A stretch of DNA of 64,000 nt from Lepidodermella squamata (Eukaryota; Animalia; Gastrotricha), in assembly GCA_047495785.1 (NCBI GenBank), contig JBLDXI010000009.1, forward strand, positions 930,001-994,000. The letters run 5' to 3'. The translations under genes and the position numbers were made by a program. Shown here piece after piece: positions 16,720 through 30,282 of the stretch. Position 1 is the first letter of the stretch. Each line of letters starts with the position of its first letter. Under the pieces are notes generated by a model, which searched no databases, was not told the DNA's origin, and saw only the letters and a program-made list of their open reading frames with translations.

Positions 16720-17930
16720 GTCAAATATTACTTAAAATTAGCTATCGGTATAGAAAATCAAGAAATTTCCAAGCAATATAAAGACTTTGGGGACTTATAC
16801 GTCCGCGATTATCTACTGCCTCGAATATCACGGCGCAGTTTTCGCAAGTCATCACGACGAGATTTGTTCTGCTACCAGACGCCGTTAGGGCGATGGGAAC
16901 CAACGCGTGCAAGACGGGTCGAATAGCACACACAAAACTAGCGCGATTGCGGGACATATCTTTATACTAGGTCGTTAGGTCCGAGGCAATTATATCATTT
17001 TTGGTTTTTTTTTATTTTGTCGCGTCACGGATATGAAACTCGACAATACCTAAGCTTCGAAAAAGCTAGAATATAACATATTTAAGGAACCGGTACCTCG
17101 GAGGTCACCCATTACCAAGTGAGTCCAGTCGTTATGGAGATAGTATTATAGATCCAGTCGTTATTATTTTGATAAGACAGCAGATCGAAGCGAACAAGTT
17201 AAACTTTAGAGCCGAATTCGTCATCGCTCTTTGCTTTATTTGAGGTGGCTTGTGTTTAATTTGAAAGATACTGGGGCATACTGATGTGTTTCCGAATAGA
17301 GCCGAAATACACCTCCCTTCAGTATCGCCCACGCGAACAAATTGGCATGCGAAAGCGGAAAAATGATATGGCAGTCTTTAAATATAGTGCCTATGTTTTC
17401 TAAAAAGGAATAACCAGGCGCCAAGCAAGAAACTCCAGTTTTGACTTTTGACCCCCGGAAAAGGTTTGCGCTGGATCCCCCGATAGATTCAGAAATTTGG
17501 TTTACTAACCTGGCTCTTAAGGCGAACTTCGCCAAGCCTGCTGCCTGGAATTCTACTCGCATTAGCATGTATACATAGTTATATTCAAACACCTCACACC
17601 GTCGATTACTGCCTCAAACAGCCAAACAACTCAACAAAACAGAAACTTATCAAATTTAAAAAAATTCCCGCGCTCTCATTTTAGCATTACTATTAAAAAT
17701 AGGCAATCGTTTTTTTTCAAGTTTAAGTAAAGTGCATATGTTTTTACGTCATGTGTAAATGATGAATTCGACGAAAAAATGGAAACCAACTTATGCGATT
17801 TTGGCGGTCCAAAAGTGTTGCGGCTCATCCGGTGATTTGTCACCTGCCCTCTGCCTGCTCAAGCGACTAGCGACATATCCGAGACGTTTTGTTGCGTGCT
17901 TGCTACATCAATTCAAGAAAGTGTTCGCTC

Positions 17931-19718
17931 ATGGCTAACATGGACTCTGATACTCACATCCTCGGTGCCACGGAAGATTTGTTTGTTTCGTTGCCATCTG
18001 GTGGAGTTATGCTTTTCTCTATAAAATTGGAACCACTGGTTTTGATTGGAATCTGTGAAAGGAAATGGCTTTTAATCTTGAATTCAGCTGGCTTGCCCGC
18101 CTGGTTCCAGCTGGATAAAGAGTTAAGCCCTATCAGAGATGGGGATTTTACGATCGATACCACTGAGAACTCCCTTTCCGTTGTTGACATCAGCAATGCG
18201 ACGCGCATAATGAAACTCCAAAGTTTGAGCAGCATGTTTTCGTTCGATCAGGTGATACGTATTCTGTCTGGCGTTGTTGACGGTCTGCGATTTATTAATC
18301 CTGAGTGTTACGTTAGTGAGTCAGAATGCGCATCCAAGTCCGCGCAATGTGCCTGCTTACCACTGGATGAATTTAATTATTTTGTCCAGTACGCCGTCAA
18401 GAAAGTTACTGATGATATATTTAACAAGAGAATCGGGAGGAACACAAATATAACTCTTGCCGTAATACCTCCTGTGCCTAGTTTCGACTGCAAGCCGTCA
18501 GACCGCAACTCTTTGCATAAATGGCTGGCCGACAAGCTTCGTATGGGCACGGGCATGCGTTATAACGATGCTCGTATTGCAGTTGAAACTGTTCTCTCGT
18601 CTCTCCTATTACCCATGGTCAACGGAGGAATTTTATCCAATGAGCAAATCGACTTCCTAGTAAAATTTCTGTCCGATGCCGATGCACAAGCCCGCCGAAC
18701 AGCCAGTGAACTCACCAAGTCATCCCCTGACAAAATTGAGTTTGAGTCTCTTCTTCAGAGCGTTATTGGTTGGAAAGAGGATGCTCAGCTTAATAGCGTA
18801 TGGCGGAGTGCTGCTGATGATTCTAAACTGCTGGATATTTTGCATAAGATGAAAAGCCTTCTTGATGATGCCGACCCCTTGATATGCACTTCAATATTGC
18901 GTGAAAACATTCCGCAGTCAGTTGAAGCTATGGTTGCGCTGTATCAAATGGAAACAGATAAAAATGTTCGTTCAGCTGTTCGAAGTTTCGTTCTTGCCTG
19001 GCTCAATCTGTTGAGGGAGTTTCCCGCTAAAAATGACGCATTGGTAATTGAAAACTTCGCCAGTGAATCCGGCGGAATGCTTATATTTCAAGAAATGCTC
19101 AAAGAATTACTGTCAGATAGTGTGCTCGATGTAGAGGAAGCGAAAAGTATTACAGCATTATCCAAGCTTCTCATACAAAATCGCTTGGAGATAATCGACC
19201 GAATGGGTGACAAGCCAATCTGTGAAACTTCGATGTTTTTCGATGCCATGACCCGCGTTACTAATATTTTCAGGACACTGCCTTCATCCAGTTTCGAGAT
19301 GATCGAATTATACGTTTGTTGCTCTGCAGTAAGTAAGAACGCTGATGTAGGCGTGGAAGCTGGAAAATTGATGGCCGTGTCCTTGGCGAGTTCAAGCAAT
19401 GTTGAATTTACGGAAACAATCGCTGACGAAATGATTCAACATTTTCTTATGTTGACCCCTGACAAGTTTCTCTCCCAATCATCGAGAAGCTTTGAACAGC
19501 TTGCTCTAATTTTGACATTCTGGGCTCATGCCATTGCTGATCCTCAGCTGTTAGAATCGGGAATAGTTCACAACTCTGATTTAAATGTCCTGATAGACTT
19601 TTGCGATCGACAGATTGAAGCATTTGAAATCGATACTAGTGCTCCCAAGTTCCTACTTGTAGCTTACCAGAAAGCTAAGTCTTATTTTGTTACTGCTACA
19701 TGCATGGAGTTTTTTTGA
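17931..19718 (+). CDS. NCKIPSD: SPIN90/WISH/DIP (Arp2/3 activator), divergent and intronless
   Basis: KEDAQ...DADPLIC...SVEAMVALYQME and HNSDLNVLIDFCDRQI match recalled SPIN90 motifs (DADPEVC...SVLALVAYYQME; YHTDMMALIDITVRHI); degenerate SH3-like N-terminus. Confidence 0.72.
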   Translation: MANMDSDTHILGATEDLFVSLPSGGVMLFSIKLEPLVLIGICERKWLLILNSAGLPAWFQLDKELSPIRDGDFTIDTTENSLSVVDISNATRIMKLQSLSSMFSFDQVIRILSGVVDGLRFINPECYVSESECASKSAQCACLPLDEFNYFVQYAVKKVTDDIFNKRIGRNTNITLAVIPPVPSFDCKPSDRNSLHKWLADKLRMGTGMRYNDARIAVETVLSSLLLPMVNGGILSNEQIDFLVKFLSDADAQARRTASELTKSSPDKIEFESLLQSVIGWKEDAQLNSVWRSAADDSKLLDILHKMKSLLDDADPLICTSILRENIPQSVEAMVALYQMETDKNVRSAVRSFVLAWLNLLREFPAKNDALVIENFASESGGMLIFQEMLKELLSDSVLDVEEAKSITALSKLLIQNRLEIIDRMGDKPICETSMFFDAMTRVTNIFRTLPSSSFEMIELYVCCSAVSKNADVGVEAGKLMAVSLASSSNVEFTETIADEMIQHFLMLTPDKFLSQSSRSFEQLALILTFWAHAIADPQLLESGIVHNSDLNVLIDFCDRQIEAFEIDTSAPKFLLVAYQKAKSYFVTATCMEFF

Positions 19719-19823
19719 GAATATGTGCCACCTCGATTTTCTTGATATTAAATTAAGTTCCATGAGGCGTTTTTTTTACTTTTTGTGTTACCAGCTTAGG
19801 ATTTATAGGATTTATTCTAAAAC

Positions 19824-20799
19824 ATGGCCGGTGGCGAGTCTGCTGTTCAATGCGCGGCTTACCTCATCGTTCGTTTTTTGGACTCTCAGCAAGATCACGT
19901 AGACGAAGGCACACGCGAATCGATAGCTGTTGCTCGTGAATGCATCGCTTCGTCTTTTAACCTCAGTGAAGCAACTGAAAAAGCCGTCGGTGATGTTGTG
20001 GGAAATGTCTCATTATTGAGCCTAGTCGAATCTATCTCAGCTGTCAAAGACAAAGTAGCCGAATTGAAGGGGAAAGGCAATGATTTGATGAAATCCGAGA
20101 AGTTTTCCGAAGCCGCAGAATGTTACACCGAGGCGATCAAACTCGCTCCGAACAACGCAATTCTTTACTGCAACCGCGCCGCTGCCCGTAAGTCGTTTGA
20201 CCTGTCAGTAAAACCACTCGTATAATTATTTCATCGCAGGCTGTCGCCTTGGTCAGTATGAGCAAGCCGCCAGTGATTGCAGAACAGCAATCGGCTTTGA
20301 TCCTAACTATGCGAAAGCCTGGGGACGTTTAGCTACGTCATTGTCAGCTCTTGGTTCCCACATCGAAGCAGCTGAGGCTTTTAAACATGCTTCTGAAATT
20401 GAGCCCGATATTCCAGCTTGGAAAGAAGGCTACGAGAAAGAGAAGGCGGCGATCGGCGGTGCTGCCGGTGGCATGGGTGGGGCTAGCCCTTTCGGCGGAG
20501 CATCTCCTAATTTCCTGATGAATTTGATGCAGTCTCCACATATGATGCAAATGGCGCAGCAAATGATGACCGATCCCAACATGAGCCGAATGATGCAAGG
20601 CATTCTTTCGAATGGTGGCGTGGCTGGTGGCGCGGGCGGAGCGGGAGGCGCGCCTCCGAACATGGATGCTATTATGCAAATGGCTCAAAGCTTTGCTTCG
20701 CAGATGGAACAGCAAAACCCCGATTTGATTAATCGCCTTCGCAATCAGTACGGCCAGGGTGGCCAAGGAGGCCAGCCACCGCAAGGACCCCCAATGTGA
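19824..20799 (+). CDS. SGTA: Small glutamine-rich TPR co-chaperone
   Basis: N-terminal dimerisation motif (ESIAVARECIASSF), TPRs (LKGKGNDLMK...NAILYCNRAAA|...DPNYAKAWGRL), Met/Gln-rich STI1 tail (FASQMEQQNPDLINRLR); intron 20188-20240. Confidence 0.93.
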
Positions 20800-20958
20800 A
20801 CTGCTTTGATTGTTCGGTGACGGGCAAACTACTCCGAATCACTTCAGTTATGTTTTGCCATGGGCATTAAAATATTGTCATTCACTTGGAACGATACATC
20901 ATTATTCCTGGATGTCGTCATTAAATATGTGCAATTAATGTAGGGAAATTTTATTAAG

Positions 20959-22118
20959 ATGAAAACGGCAGACAGGCGGGCTCTTCATTTCGTTTTTAAA
21001 ATCGGAAACAGAAGAGCTAATTACAACTTTTTTGTTGGTTTGCTCGGGATGAAGGTTCTTCGCCATGAAGAATTTGAGGATGGTTGCAAGGCCTCTTGTA
21101 ATGGGTAAAGAAATATATATTTTGAATTGCATTCCTATTGTAATTAACTTTCATCCAGACCTTATGACGGTCGATGGAGTAAAACAATGATTGGTTATGG
21201 ACCAGAAGACAATCATTTTGTTGTTGAGTTAACTTATAATTATGGCATTCGGCAGTACAAGCACGGCAATGACTTTAAGGCACGCGTATTTATTGGCTCC
21301 ATCGAACAAAGTTTCAACTCGATTTTTTCGTATTCTGTAATTAGAACATTACTATTCACTCAAACTCCACGTTTGAAACTTTTGGTAAAGTCAACTATAT
21401 CCAACAACGGCCAAGCGATGAGTTAGTGAAAACTCAGTCTCCTGATGGATATCCATTCCATGTAATTAAGAATCAAAAGCATGGAGGTAGGTCCATTTGA
21501 CTGGTAATGACCTCGATCTCATCTGCGTTTTCCAGATCCCGTATTCCAACTCTCTTTGGCGTCTTCGAACTTGGAAAAGACTGTTGATTATTGGAGTGGG
21601 AAGCTTGGCATGGAAGTGATAGAACGCGACGATAATCACGTTGTCCTCTCCTATGGAAAAGAGCAATGCCGTCTCGAGTTCATTTCAACAGGTGGTAGCC
21701 CAGTGGATCACGCGTCGGCCTATGGTCGCGTTGCTTTTTCGTGTCCGCGCGAGCAGCTACCGGATATCGAATCAACCATGCGTGACGCTGGAACAAACAT
21801 TCTGAAACCATTGGTTGCTCTTGACACACCCGGCAAAGCTACTGTTGAGGTCGTGATTCTTGCAGATCCTGTAAGTTTTTGCTAGTGAATGAGTGATTTG
21901 ACTGACTTTTATTTGCTTCTCAAAGGATGGGCATGAAATCTGCTTCGTGGGCGATGAAGCGTTCGGGGAGCTTTCCCAGGTTGACCCTAATGCCGAACAA
22001 CTCCTGAAGGAAGTAAGAGTTACATCAGAATGATTAGTTATGAATGTCATGATGAATTATTTTCTAGGCAATGGATTCCGACAAGAGTGATGATTGGTGC
22101 GCGAAGCATGGGAAATAA
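20959..22118 (+). CDS. GLOD4: Glyoxalase domain-containing protein 4
   Basis: [30 protein letters not shown]|[45 protein letters not shown]|[11 protein letters not shown]. Confidence 0.95.
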
Positions 22119-22322
22119 GTCGATGCTAAAAATCACCTAATTTAAACTTGGACGAAGTTGAACAAATCTGCAAGCTTGAAGCTTATAATGTGATACAGCC
22201 GCTAATTTGTTGATTATGTGCTATCAGTTGACCTTCCAGTCAAATTTGCTTGAAATAACTATTTAAAAAGGTGAAAGTGACATAAATCTTTGTAATTTTT
22301 TAGATAAAAGAGTTTTACAAAC

Positions 22323-22766
22323 ATGTCTATTGGCGTACCCATTAAAATTTTACACGAGGCTGAGGGTCACATAATAACCTTGGAAACGAGTGTGGGAGAA
22401 GTTTACCGTGGAAAGTTGGTGGAGGCCGAAGACAACATGAATTGCCAAATGCAAGCAGTAACAGTCACTTTCCGTGACGGCCGGACTGCTCAGTTGGAGA
22501 ACATCTACATCCGAGGCAGCAAAATCAAATTCATCATTCTACCTGATATGCTCAAAAATGCCCCTATGTTCAAAAAAGTCCAGGGCAAGGCTTCAGCTGC
22601 TCGCGGTCGGGCAATGATGTCAACTGGTCTAAGGGGTAAATTTGGTTCAAATTCACGTCTCAGTTGCATTTTATTCATGATTTTTTCAGGCCGTGGGATG
22701 CGTGGACGTGGTATGCCGGGTCGTGGTCTGGGAACGCGCGGTCTCGGAACTAGGCGAGGCGCATAA
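22323..22766 (+). CDS. SNRPD3: Small nuclear ribonucleoprotein Sm D3
   Basis: [16 protein letters not shown]...[13 protein letters not shown]...[12 protein letters not shown]; RG tail; probable intron ~22637-22690. Confidence 0.97.
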   Translation: MSIGVPIKILHEAEGHIITLETSVGEVYRGKLVEAEDNMNCQMQAVTVTFRDGRTAQLENIYIRGSKIKFIILPDMLKNAPMFKKVQGKASAARGRAMMSTGLRGKFGSNSRLSCILFMIFSGRGMRGRGMPGRGLGTRGLGTRRGA

Positions 22767-23000
22767 ATGAATTTTGCGCCGGTGCCGCCTTCATACCGGT
22801 CACATTCCAATTTCAGTAGTCATTTATGGTCTCTACGGACGTTTCTGCCGCTGTTTTCCAACTGTTGCCCAAACTGTGTGATTACTGATTTTTGTCGGTT
22901 CTGTTACAATGTACCATAAAACGCTCAACTGATAAAAAACGAAATTCGTTTGAAATAAACCATTTGTTTCAAATATATACTGTGTGACTAGTGCTTAAAA

Positions 23001-26000
23001 ATGATCATGTATTTGCCCTCCGCGCAGCTGATCAACGCAATGAGCCATTTTGAGCCGGCTGTTTTGCTGCGGAATACAAATGATCAATTGCAGCCTGTCC
23101 TTACATGCCTGGCGCGAGTCTTCGTCGTTTCTGATCCTTCAGCGATGAGCGAAGATTTCGATTCAATTTGGATGAAGCTGCACGAATTTCCAGAAATAAA
23201 CAATCTGCTCGCATCTTTGAAAAAGATTGATATCGAAGAGATCGCGGAGTCCATCAGGTTCTTATTATTAGATGTACGAATTTTTCATCCTATCAACTTT
23301 ATCTAGGTCTAACGGTGACGATTGGATCGCTTCCACGTCCGGGAATCTTAGCAATAAGGGCACAATCAGCGAATTTGAAGCCAGTGCGAGTGACCATCTC
23401 CGGCGATTGATGATCGTGCTCTACAGTTTAGTCAAGCTTAGACGACTATTTGAAGCCTCGACTTCGTCATCGGGTGTTGCAGAACCCACGGAATGGATGG
23501 AGCTATTTGATTGCCAAGCTCATTGGATTAACGTTATTCACGGCATCGATTTCGCCTTAACAGAGCTTGGTGAATTTTTCAATGCTGTAGACGTGGCTGA
23601 AACGTTGCTCCTGCTAAGCTCCGAGCCAATCAGCAACTTGGGCTGTTCTCTTGGAGCATTATTGGCTTGGTGGGTTCTTGCGGCACATCCTTACGCTATC
23701 CAGCCACTAATTGAACGTGTACTCAAATGGAGCTTACCGGCAGCGAGTGATTCTATATTTACTGGGCGTCTCTCTTTGAATCGATTGCATTTCCTCTCGG
23801 CTTACGAAGCGATATTTCATGAAACATCCCCGCTGCTCCATCATTGTGTAAGTTGATTGGTGTTTCTTTGTTTCATCCATCATTTTGATTTGCTGAAATT
23901 TCAGTTGGGCTCACACACCGTATCTCAACTTGTGCTGTCGTTAGTGTCTAATCGATTGGCGACTTGCATTGAGGATACCACTCAAGGTCCCGAAAATTTG
24001 AATCAAGCTCTGACCGAAGCCGCTATCCTATTCAATGCTAATTCAACCTGCTTGGTTGGCAATAAGGCCTTCTCACTTCCTGCAAGAATGTTATGGGTCG
24101 CCAAGCATGAAAATTCGAACCCTAGCGAGTTTAAACTAATCGAAAGAATTCGTCAGCAAATTATTGAAGTTATAACACGCCGCGCCGAGGAATGGAATGT
24201 CTCCGGTGTCGCCCCCGACCCCGCTGTTCTGGCTAAATCTATTTACATTTTGAGTGCTCTACAGCTACAAATGGGTTTTCAGTAAGTCGAGAGTCGAGAG
24301 TATCCATATAAAAATGAAAGAAAATCATGTTAATCTAGAAAGCTGACGGAAGTTGAAGTAGCCGCCATCTCTGGGCTGTATCGCATCGACTACCCTCACG
24401 CTCCTGGGTATACTGAGGTTGTTTGTAAACTCATTTGTTTTAGCTGCGCCTCTCCGGAACTTGTCGCAAATGAAGCTTTGGGAACTTGCTTATCCGACAT
24501 GCTCGGTCTTTGGCGTACTAGTCGACGGTAATACCTCTTAATATGTCGAAAGGCTAGCGAATGACACCTGGGTATATTTGTTTAGAGCTAATTTGGAAAG
24601 CTTGTCGGGCATTGGCGAGTTGATCATTCAGATAGGACTGCAATGTTACGCGTCATCATCACCTGGGATGGCTTCCAGTCAAATCCACTGCCAGTCGGCA
24701 TTGTCAGCGTTACTTTCTGCAAATCTGAAGCTGCCTAACATCAATTTCTCATCTCATCAGCTGACGCAGCTGAGGAAAGTTTTCATGAGCAATATTTTGC
24801 CGGAGGCAACTTTGGCCTCTTCAATTTTGCTCATACCGTCTTCGAGTCCCGATGCGCTCTCCGTCCCTGTATCTTCTTTAGCGGATGATATTGATACTAG
24901 TGGATCAATGCTGGCGACTACTTGCGTGCTAACTTTACTTCGATCTCCTCTGTTTGTGAAACATCAGCATCATTTGCAATTGAACGATTGGCTGTCGACT
25001 CAGCTAAAAAACGGAAGCCTAGCTTCGGACCCTTCTTTTGCACTGCTCCTCCAAACGCAAGGTCAAAGCGGTGCTACTTCTTGGAGCAACCAATCTATGA
25101 GTAGTGTCTCCAACCCTCTTGCTGGAATTATTGATGTTGAGCAACTTATTCAAATAGTCGATGAAACGTGCGAAACACTGTTTAGCGAGACGAATGAGTC
25201 ATTACCGGGCAGCGCTATCAAGTTGTGCGTCGATAAGCTTCTGGGAATATTATTTTATGCTCTAAATTCAATCGATTTTATCATTACTTCATCTCGAGGC
25301 GGAGCTGCACCTGATAAATCTGACCAAGCACTGAACCAGCTGATATCTTTAGTCGAGAAAATTCCGGTCAAAGTAACCGTTTTCTACATTGAGAAATTTC
25401 CTGCCTCTAGTTATAGAGGATTATTTTCTTCGCTTATTCGGCTGTTGTATGCGTACTTTCCGAACACATGTGTCGTCGGCGATAGTCTGCATCTGTTCAT
25501 GACCGCTAAAGAGGAAAACAGCAGTAAAAAATCGAGTAAAAAGAGAGTGAAGAAAGGGGCGAAGGTGTTGATCGAGGACATGAACGAAATTAATCAAGAA
25601 ACCCTGGCAACACGATTGCGCCATTCTTCTTTTGTGATTTCCAATTTGGCTCAATTTCTTGATTTAGTAACCACTGACGATTCGCCAAATGATTTCAAAA
25701 CTCGTCATCTCAGTTACGCTTCAGCTCAAATTTTCGCATCTACCTTCAGGAAACTTGCTGTTGCTTTCACGACTCGTCAAGTGAGTCTGGCAGCTCGGCA
25801 GTTGGTTGAAAAAAATTTGCCGTTATCTGCTTCTTTGTTGGCCGGAGATCCGTCCCAGCAATTCATTGTCGAACCTCTAACTTTCCTTCGGCATTTGGAT
25901 AAGCGAGCTTTCCAAAATCCTCTGATTTTGCGAATTGCACTTTGGTTATATTCAAGACTTCTCGTTGCTAATCGACAGTTTTTCGCTCACCGAATCTTAA

Positions 26001-26828
26001 TCCAATCGGTTACGACTGGAGGTATAATGCCAAGCGGTCCGCTTCCTCCGAGTATTTTGGTACCTTTGGACAATGCGGAAAACGAGGCTGCTGTTGCGTT
26101 GGACCTGCTTCAACAGTGTGAAAGTATAATTTTCCTGCTCGAAATCTGCGCCGATCAAAACAGCAACGCAGCGGTTCTAGCCGAAATCAGAGCCACTATT
26201 TGCGCTTTCATTCATCAGCTGTTCTTGCACAATCATCAATTGGTCAAGCTGGTTCATTTTCAGGTAGGATTAGTCTTCAGGTTTAATAATTTTTTTGAAA
26301 TTATGTCTCGATTTGCAGACATATCCGCTCGCCGTAATCCCAGTTGCCGTGGCTTTCATTCCATCAATTCATGTTTGCCTAGATTTCCTCCCAGAACTGT
26401 TGACTACATCATCTTCGAAGCGTCAAATGTTTTCACTGGCGTTGCTGTCTCACATAGCCACCCTCTACCCGATGCCGCGAGCGTTCGCTCTTTCTAAATT
26501 GGCCATTGATGTCGTTGATACGATGGTGACAACCCTGACAGCTGATAAACGGGTCGAATACTTCGGCAAACAATCGCTGGTTTTAGACTCTTTGAAGCGC
26601 TTGGCTACTTGCTTTCCGCCTCTTGTCGAGGACATAGTTCACTTGATTCTGCGAGTTCAAAGCATGGTAAAAGTGCAAAAAGCCTGTGGCTTGGTTGTCG
26701 CCTCGCCTTGGTCCCGTGGAATGGTGAAAACAAAAGCTCGTGACATAGAAATCGTGCGGTCTGAACTCAAATCAACTCTGATTGACATCGTTCGCAAAAC
26801 GAAGCTCTGTAAAATTTTTGTAGTATAA
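23001..26828 (+). CDS. INTS2: Integrator complex subunit 2, divergent
   Basis: C-terminal ICAFIHQLFLHNHQLVKLVHFQ|TYPLAVIPVAVAFIPSIHVCLDFLPEL and QQCESIIFLLEIC; N-terminal PVLTCLAR and EFE..DHLRRL; multi-exon. Confidence 0.85.
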
Positions 26829-27321
26829 TAAATCGGAACGCCTTTGAGGCTATTCATATTCAACCTGTTATCTTAACCGTCGGATCTTAATTTTTTAATA
26901 AAATGCTGTCAGTAAAAGTTCAAGGCAAAGACAGATCAAAAGGTGGAATTTGCGCCACGTATTTTAGTCGAGACTTCCAACGCGGCGCTCGCATAGATGC
27001 AATACCACAGTCAAGTCAAGTCAAGTCAATCTATCCGCCGGATCATGGAAACTCTTGTTCAGTGACCGGTCAACGAAAATTCATAAGACAGTAAAGTGGG
27101 CATGGAGCAATTTAATATTTGAATCTTCCGAAAGTCCGTCTTACTTCGTCCGTTTAGTCTTACTATTCCTGCGACAGTTGGAAGTGGTGCAATAATCCAT
27201 CGATTTTATATTTCGCAAACTAGGTACCTATCTTACAAGTTACCAGCATTGATCCAGACCTCGTTTTGAAAACAAGCGATCACCGGAATTGCTCGTGACA
27301 TCACCAAACATCTCGCGCAAC

Positions 27322-27514
27322 TACCCTAAAATGGGGTGACATTGACAAGCGAAGCATGGGAATTGTGTAACATTTTAAGACTGTCTTTTCTCCAGGCTAT
27401 CCAACGGTACCCTACTCACTTTACTTTACCATCTTCGATTTTTGTTTGCCAAAGTCACCCCATTTAGGCAAGTCAAAGTGACCCCACTGCCTAAAGTCAC
27501 CCCAGTTGACGGTA
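27322..27514. mobile_element. MITE / non-autonomous DNA transposon (Tc1/mariner/pogo-like, TA flanks), ~190 bp
   Basis: Left end TA-CCCTAAAATGGGGTGACATT and right end (revcomp) TA-CCGTCAACTGGGGTGACTTT match at 16/20; three AAAGT(C/G)ACCCCA copies at 27449-27505. Confidence 0.65.
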
Positions 27515-27725
27515 CAACGCAAGCACAAGAAAACCTTGGAGTTAACTAGGTAAAAACAATAAAAACAGCAAGTGAGCAATTGGCGATTTATTTCAAAACA
27601 ACAATTTGACTATGCTTTACAAGCAAACTAGGGTAAATATTAAATCACTCTAATCCCGACAACGGCACTGATAGTCATCGTGATAAATCCCGTCTGGAAT
27701 CTTTCGATGGAGTTAAAGGGCATGT

Positions 27726-28621
27726 TTAATTTTCAGCAAAGCTCTTCAGCTGATCCAAGAATCCAATGTACTGCTTGTGTTCGTAGGCTGTAGAAAATTT
27801 GATTAGGTCCTTGGAGAACTTGTCATCGATACCTCGCTCTTCCAGAGCAGACATCAAGAGATCATAGAGGTTCTGAAACATGAAAGACATAAAGATAAAC
27901 ATTTCTTCCGTCGTATAAATACTAACCCCATCCATGACCTCTCCAGAGACAGCGTATGTAGCCTCTTTCCATTCACCGGTATGGAACGCGGCTTCTTCTA
28001 TTTCAAATACATCCCGCATAGCCAAAGAATCGCCTTGATTTTGGGACTGTTCGCCAGTTGACTCTTCAATGACGTCGTCGTTCATCGGGTATACACAATG
28101 AAGAGCGAAAGTAGGGCGACCTTCTCGCGACAATTCAACGGTAAATGACGGCCTTGAAATCATCTAAAATCTTCCCCAATTGAAAATTGCTCCCAACTAC
28201 ATGAAATTTACCTGAGGCATTTTTTCATCTTTATCAGAATCGACATCCATGTCCGCCTCTGCATCTACTGTGTGGTTTACGTTGAACTTGACAGTAACCT
28301 TTTCGTCTTTGAAATTCTTCGTTAGCGTGATATTTGCTCCCTCAGTAGCGACTTCGAAGCCTTGAATGTTGGGTAATTTCCCAGGAAACTTCTGTGCTCC
28401 GCGCTCGAGCTCGATTTCTTCTTTCAAGAAATCGAACAGCTGTTTGTTTGCTGAAACAATTATTATCAGTTTATAGTAAAAACTTAATCATGAATGAACT
28501 TACGCTGGTACAAAGTTGAGGTTATGCCAACGAACGAACGCGATTGAATGACAGGGGTCATTTTGATGGCCGTTCGGCGGACAGCCGTGGCACATAACCT
28601 CATAGCAACACGAGACAGCAT
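27726..28621 (-). CDS. C1QBP: Mitochondrial acidic matrix protein p32 (MAM33 family)
   Basis: Arg-rich presequence MLSRVAMRLCATAVRR, LKEEIELE, VTVKFNVNHTV, SRPSFTVEL, LYDLLMSALEERGID...STAYEHKQYIGFLDQLKSF. Confidence 0.93.
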
Positions 28622-28728
28622 AATTAATAAGTAACAACGCCCTAGCCACGGAATAATCAAATAATTTATTGAAATTTATTTGAAATAAAAATCGAAGAGC
28701 AAATAGCGAGATGAATATAATCGTAAAG

Positions 28729-29287
<559 letters not shown>

Positions 29288-30282
29288 GATTTAGGATTAA
29301 CAATTATCCTAATTACTACATTTATACATTAGCCAGAATTCATAATAATTCCGAGATAGCTTCCATATTATGAAATCTAAAACCTGTAACTCAGTCACTT
29401 AGTCACTCAGAACACAAAACTCTCACAATTATTGCTAATTCCTCTTTTACACATTCGACGCAGTTTTGCGGTGGAGGGAATTTTCATTAAGGACATTTTC
29501 GGTGTGATACCAAAGCGAGAGGCGAGAGCACATAACGCCACCAGCCCTCCAGCCAGCCGGCCGACTATATCCACGTACAACTACAACTTTCCGCATCTTG
29601 CGCTCTCTTTCAAAAAGCCTTTTCGCGCGACACGTGCAATATGAAATTCATAATATTCTGGTTTTGTTAATAGCGTTAAAAACTAATTTCAACTCCTTAT
29701 ACAATATTTTTAAATATTTTAACGTGAAAAACAAACTTATTTGATAAGGCGCGCAAAATTTTCAAATGATACGGCATAAACCATTTCAAGCCGTTTCATG
29801 TGTTTCTTGTGACATTGTACGCCCGGGTTGTGCGTGCCGTTTCAGATTCCAGACGCTATGAAATGCGCCCCAAGTAATTGCTCTCCAAGCAACTGCTTCC
29901 CAAGCTCAAGCAATAGGTTGAGTAGAGCGAAACTATGATACCGTGTTCCTTGTTCACTTCCAGGAGAGTTTCACACTTGAGAGGATTTTTCCGTTCAGTT
30001 TGACGCTACTCACGGTATAGCTTATACTCACTTCAATATTCATAGAAGTACTCATAACCTAAAGAGTATTCATATAGCAAATTCTCATATTAGTATGGTA
30101 AGCAGAAGATTAAGGGCTCTTCAATTACCTATGGTTTCGTTCGCTACATCCTACGGTTTGCATAAGAGCTGATCTCTTCCTTGCTCAATCAACCATATCA
30201 ACATACACAACATATCAACATGTCATCCAGTTACTTGCTGTGTTGCATTCTGAATTGTCCACATTTAAATTGTAATTTAGCC

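Noticed and set aside
16742-16957. 71-aa ORF upstream of KDM2
   Set aside because: No recognisable motif; it ends at the acceptor before the KDM2 ATG (16719) and is probably outron or 5' leader.
21280-21344. Possible GC-AG intron in GLOD4 (AAG|GCACGC)
   Set aside because: An in-frame GT donor 6 nt downstream (CGC|GTATTT) works equally well; this cannot be decided without cDNA.
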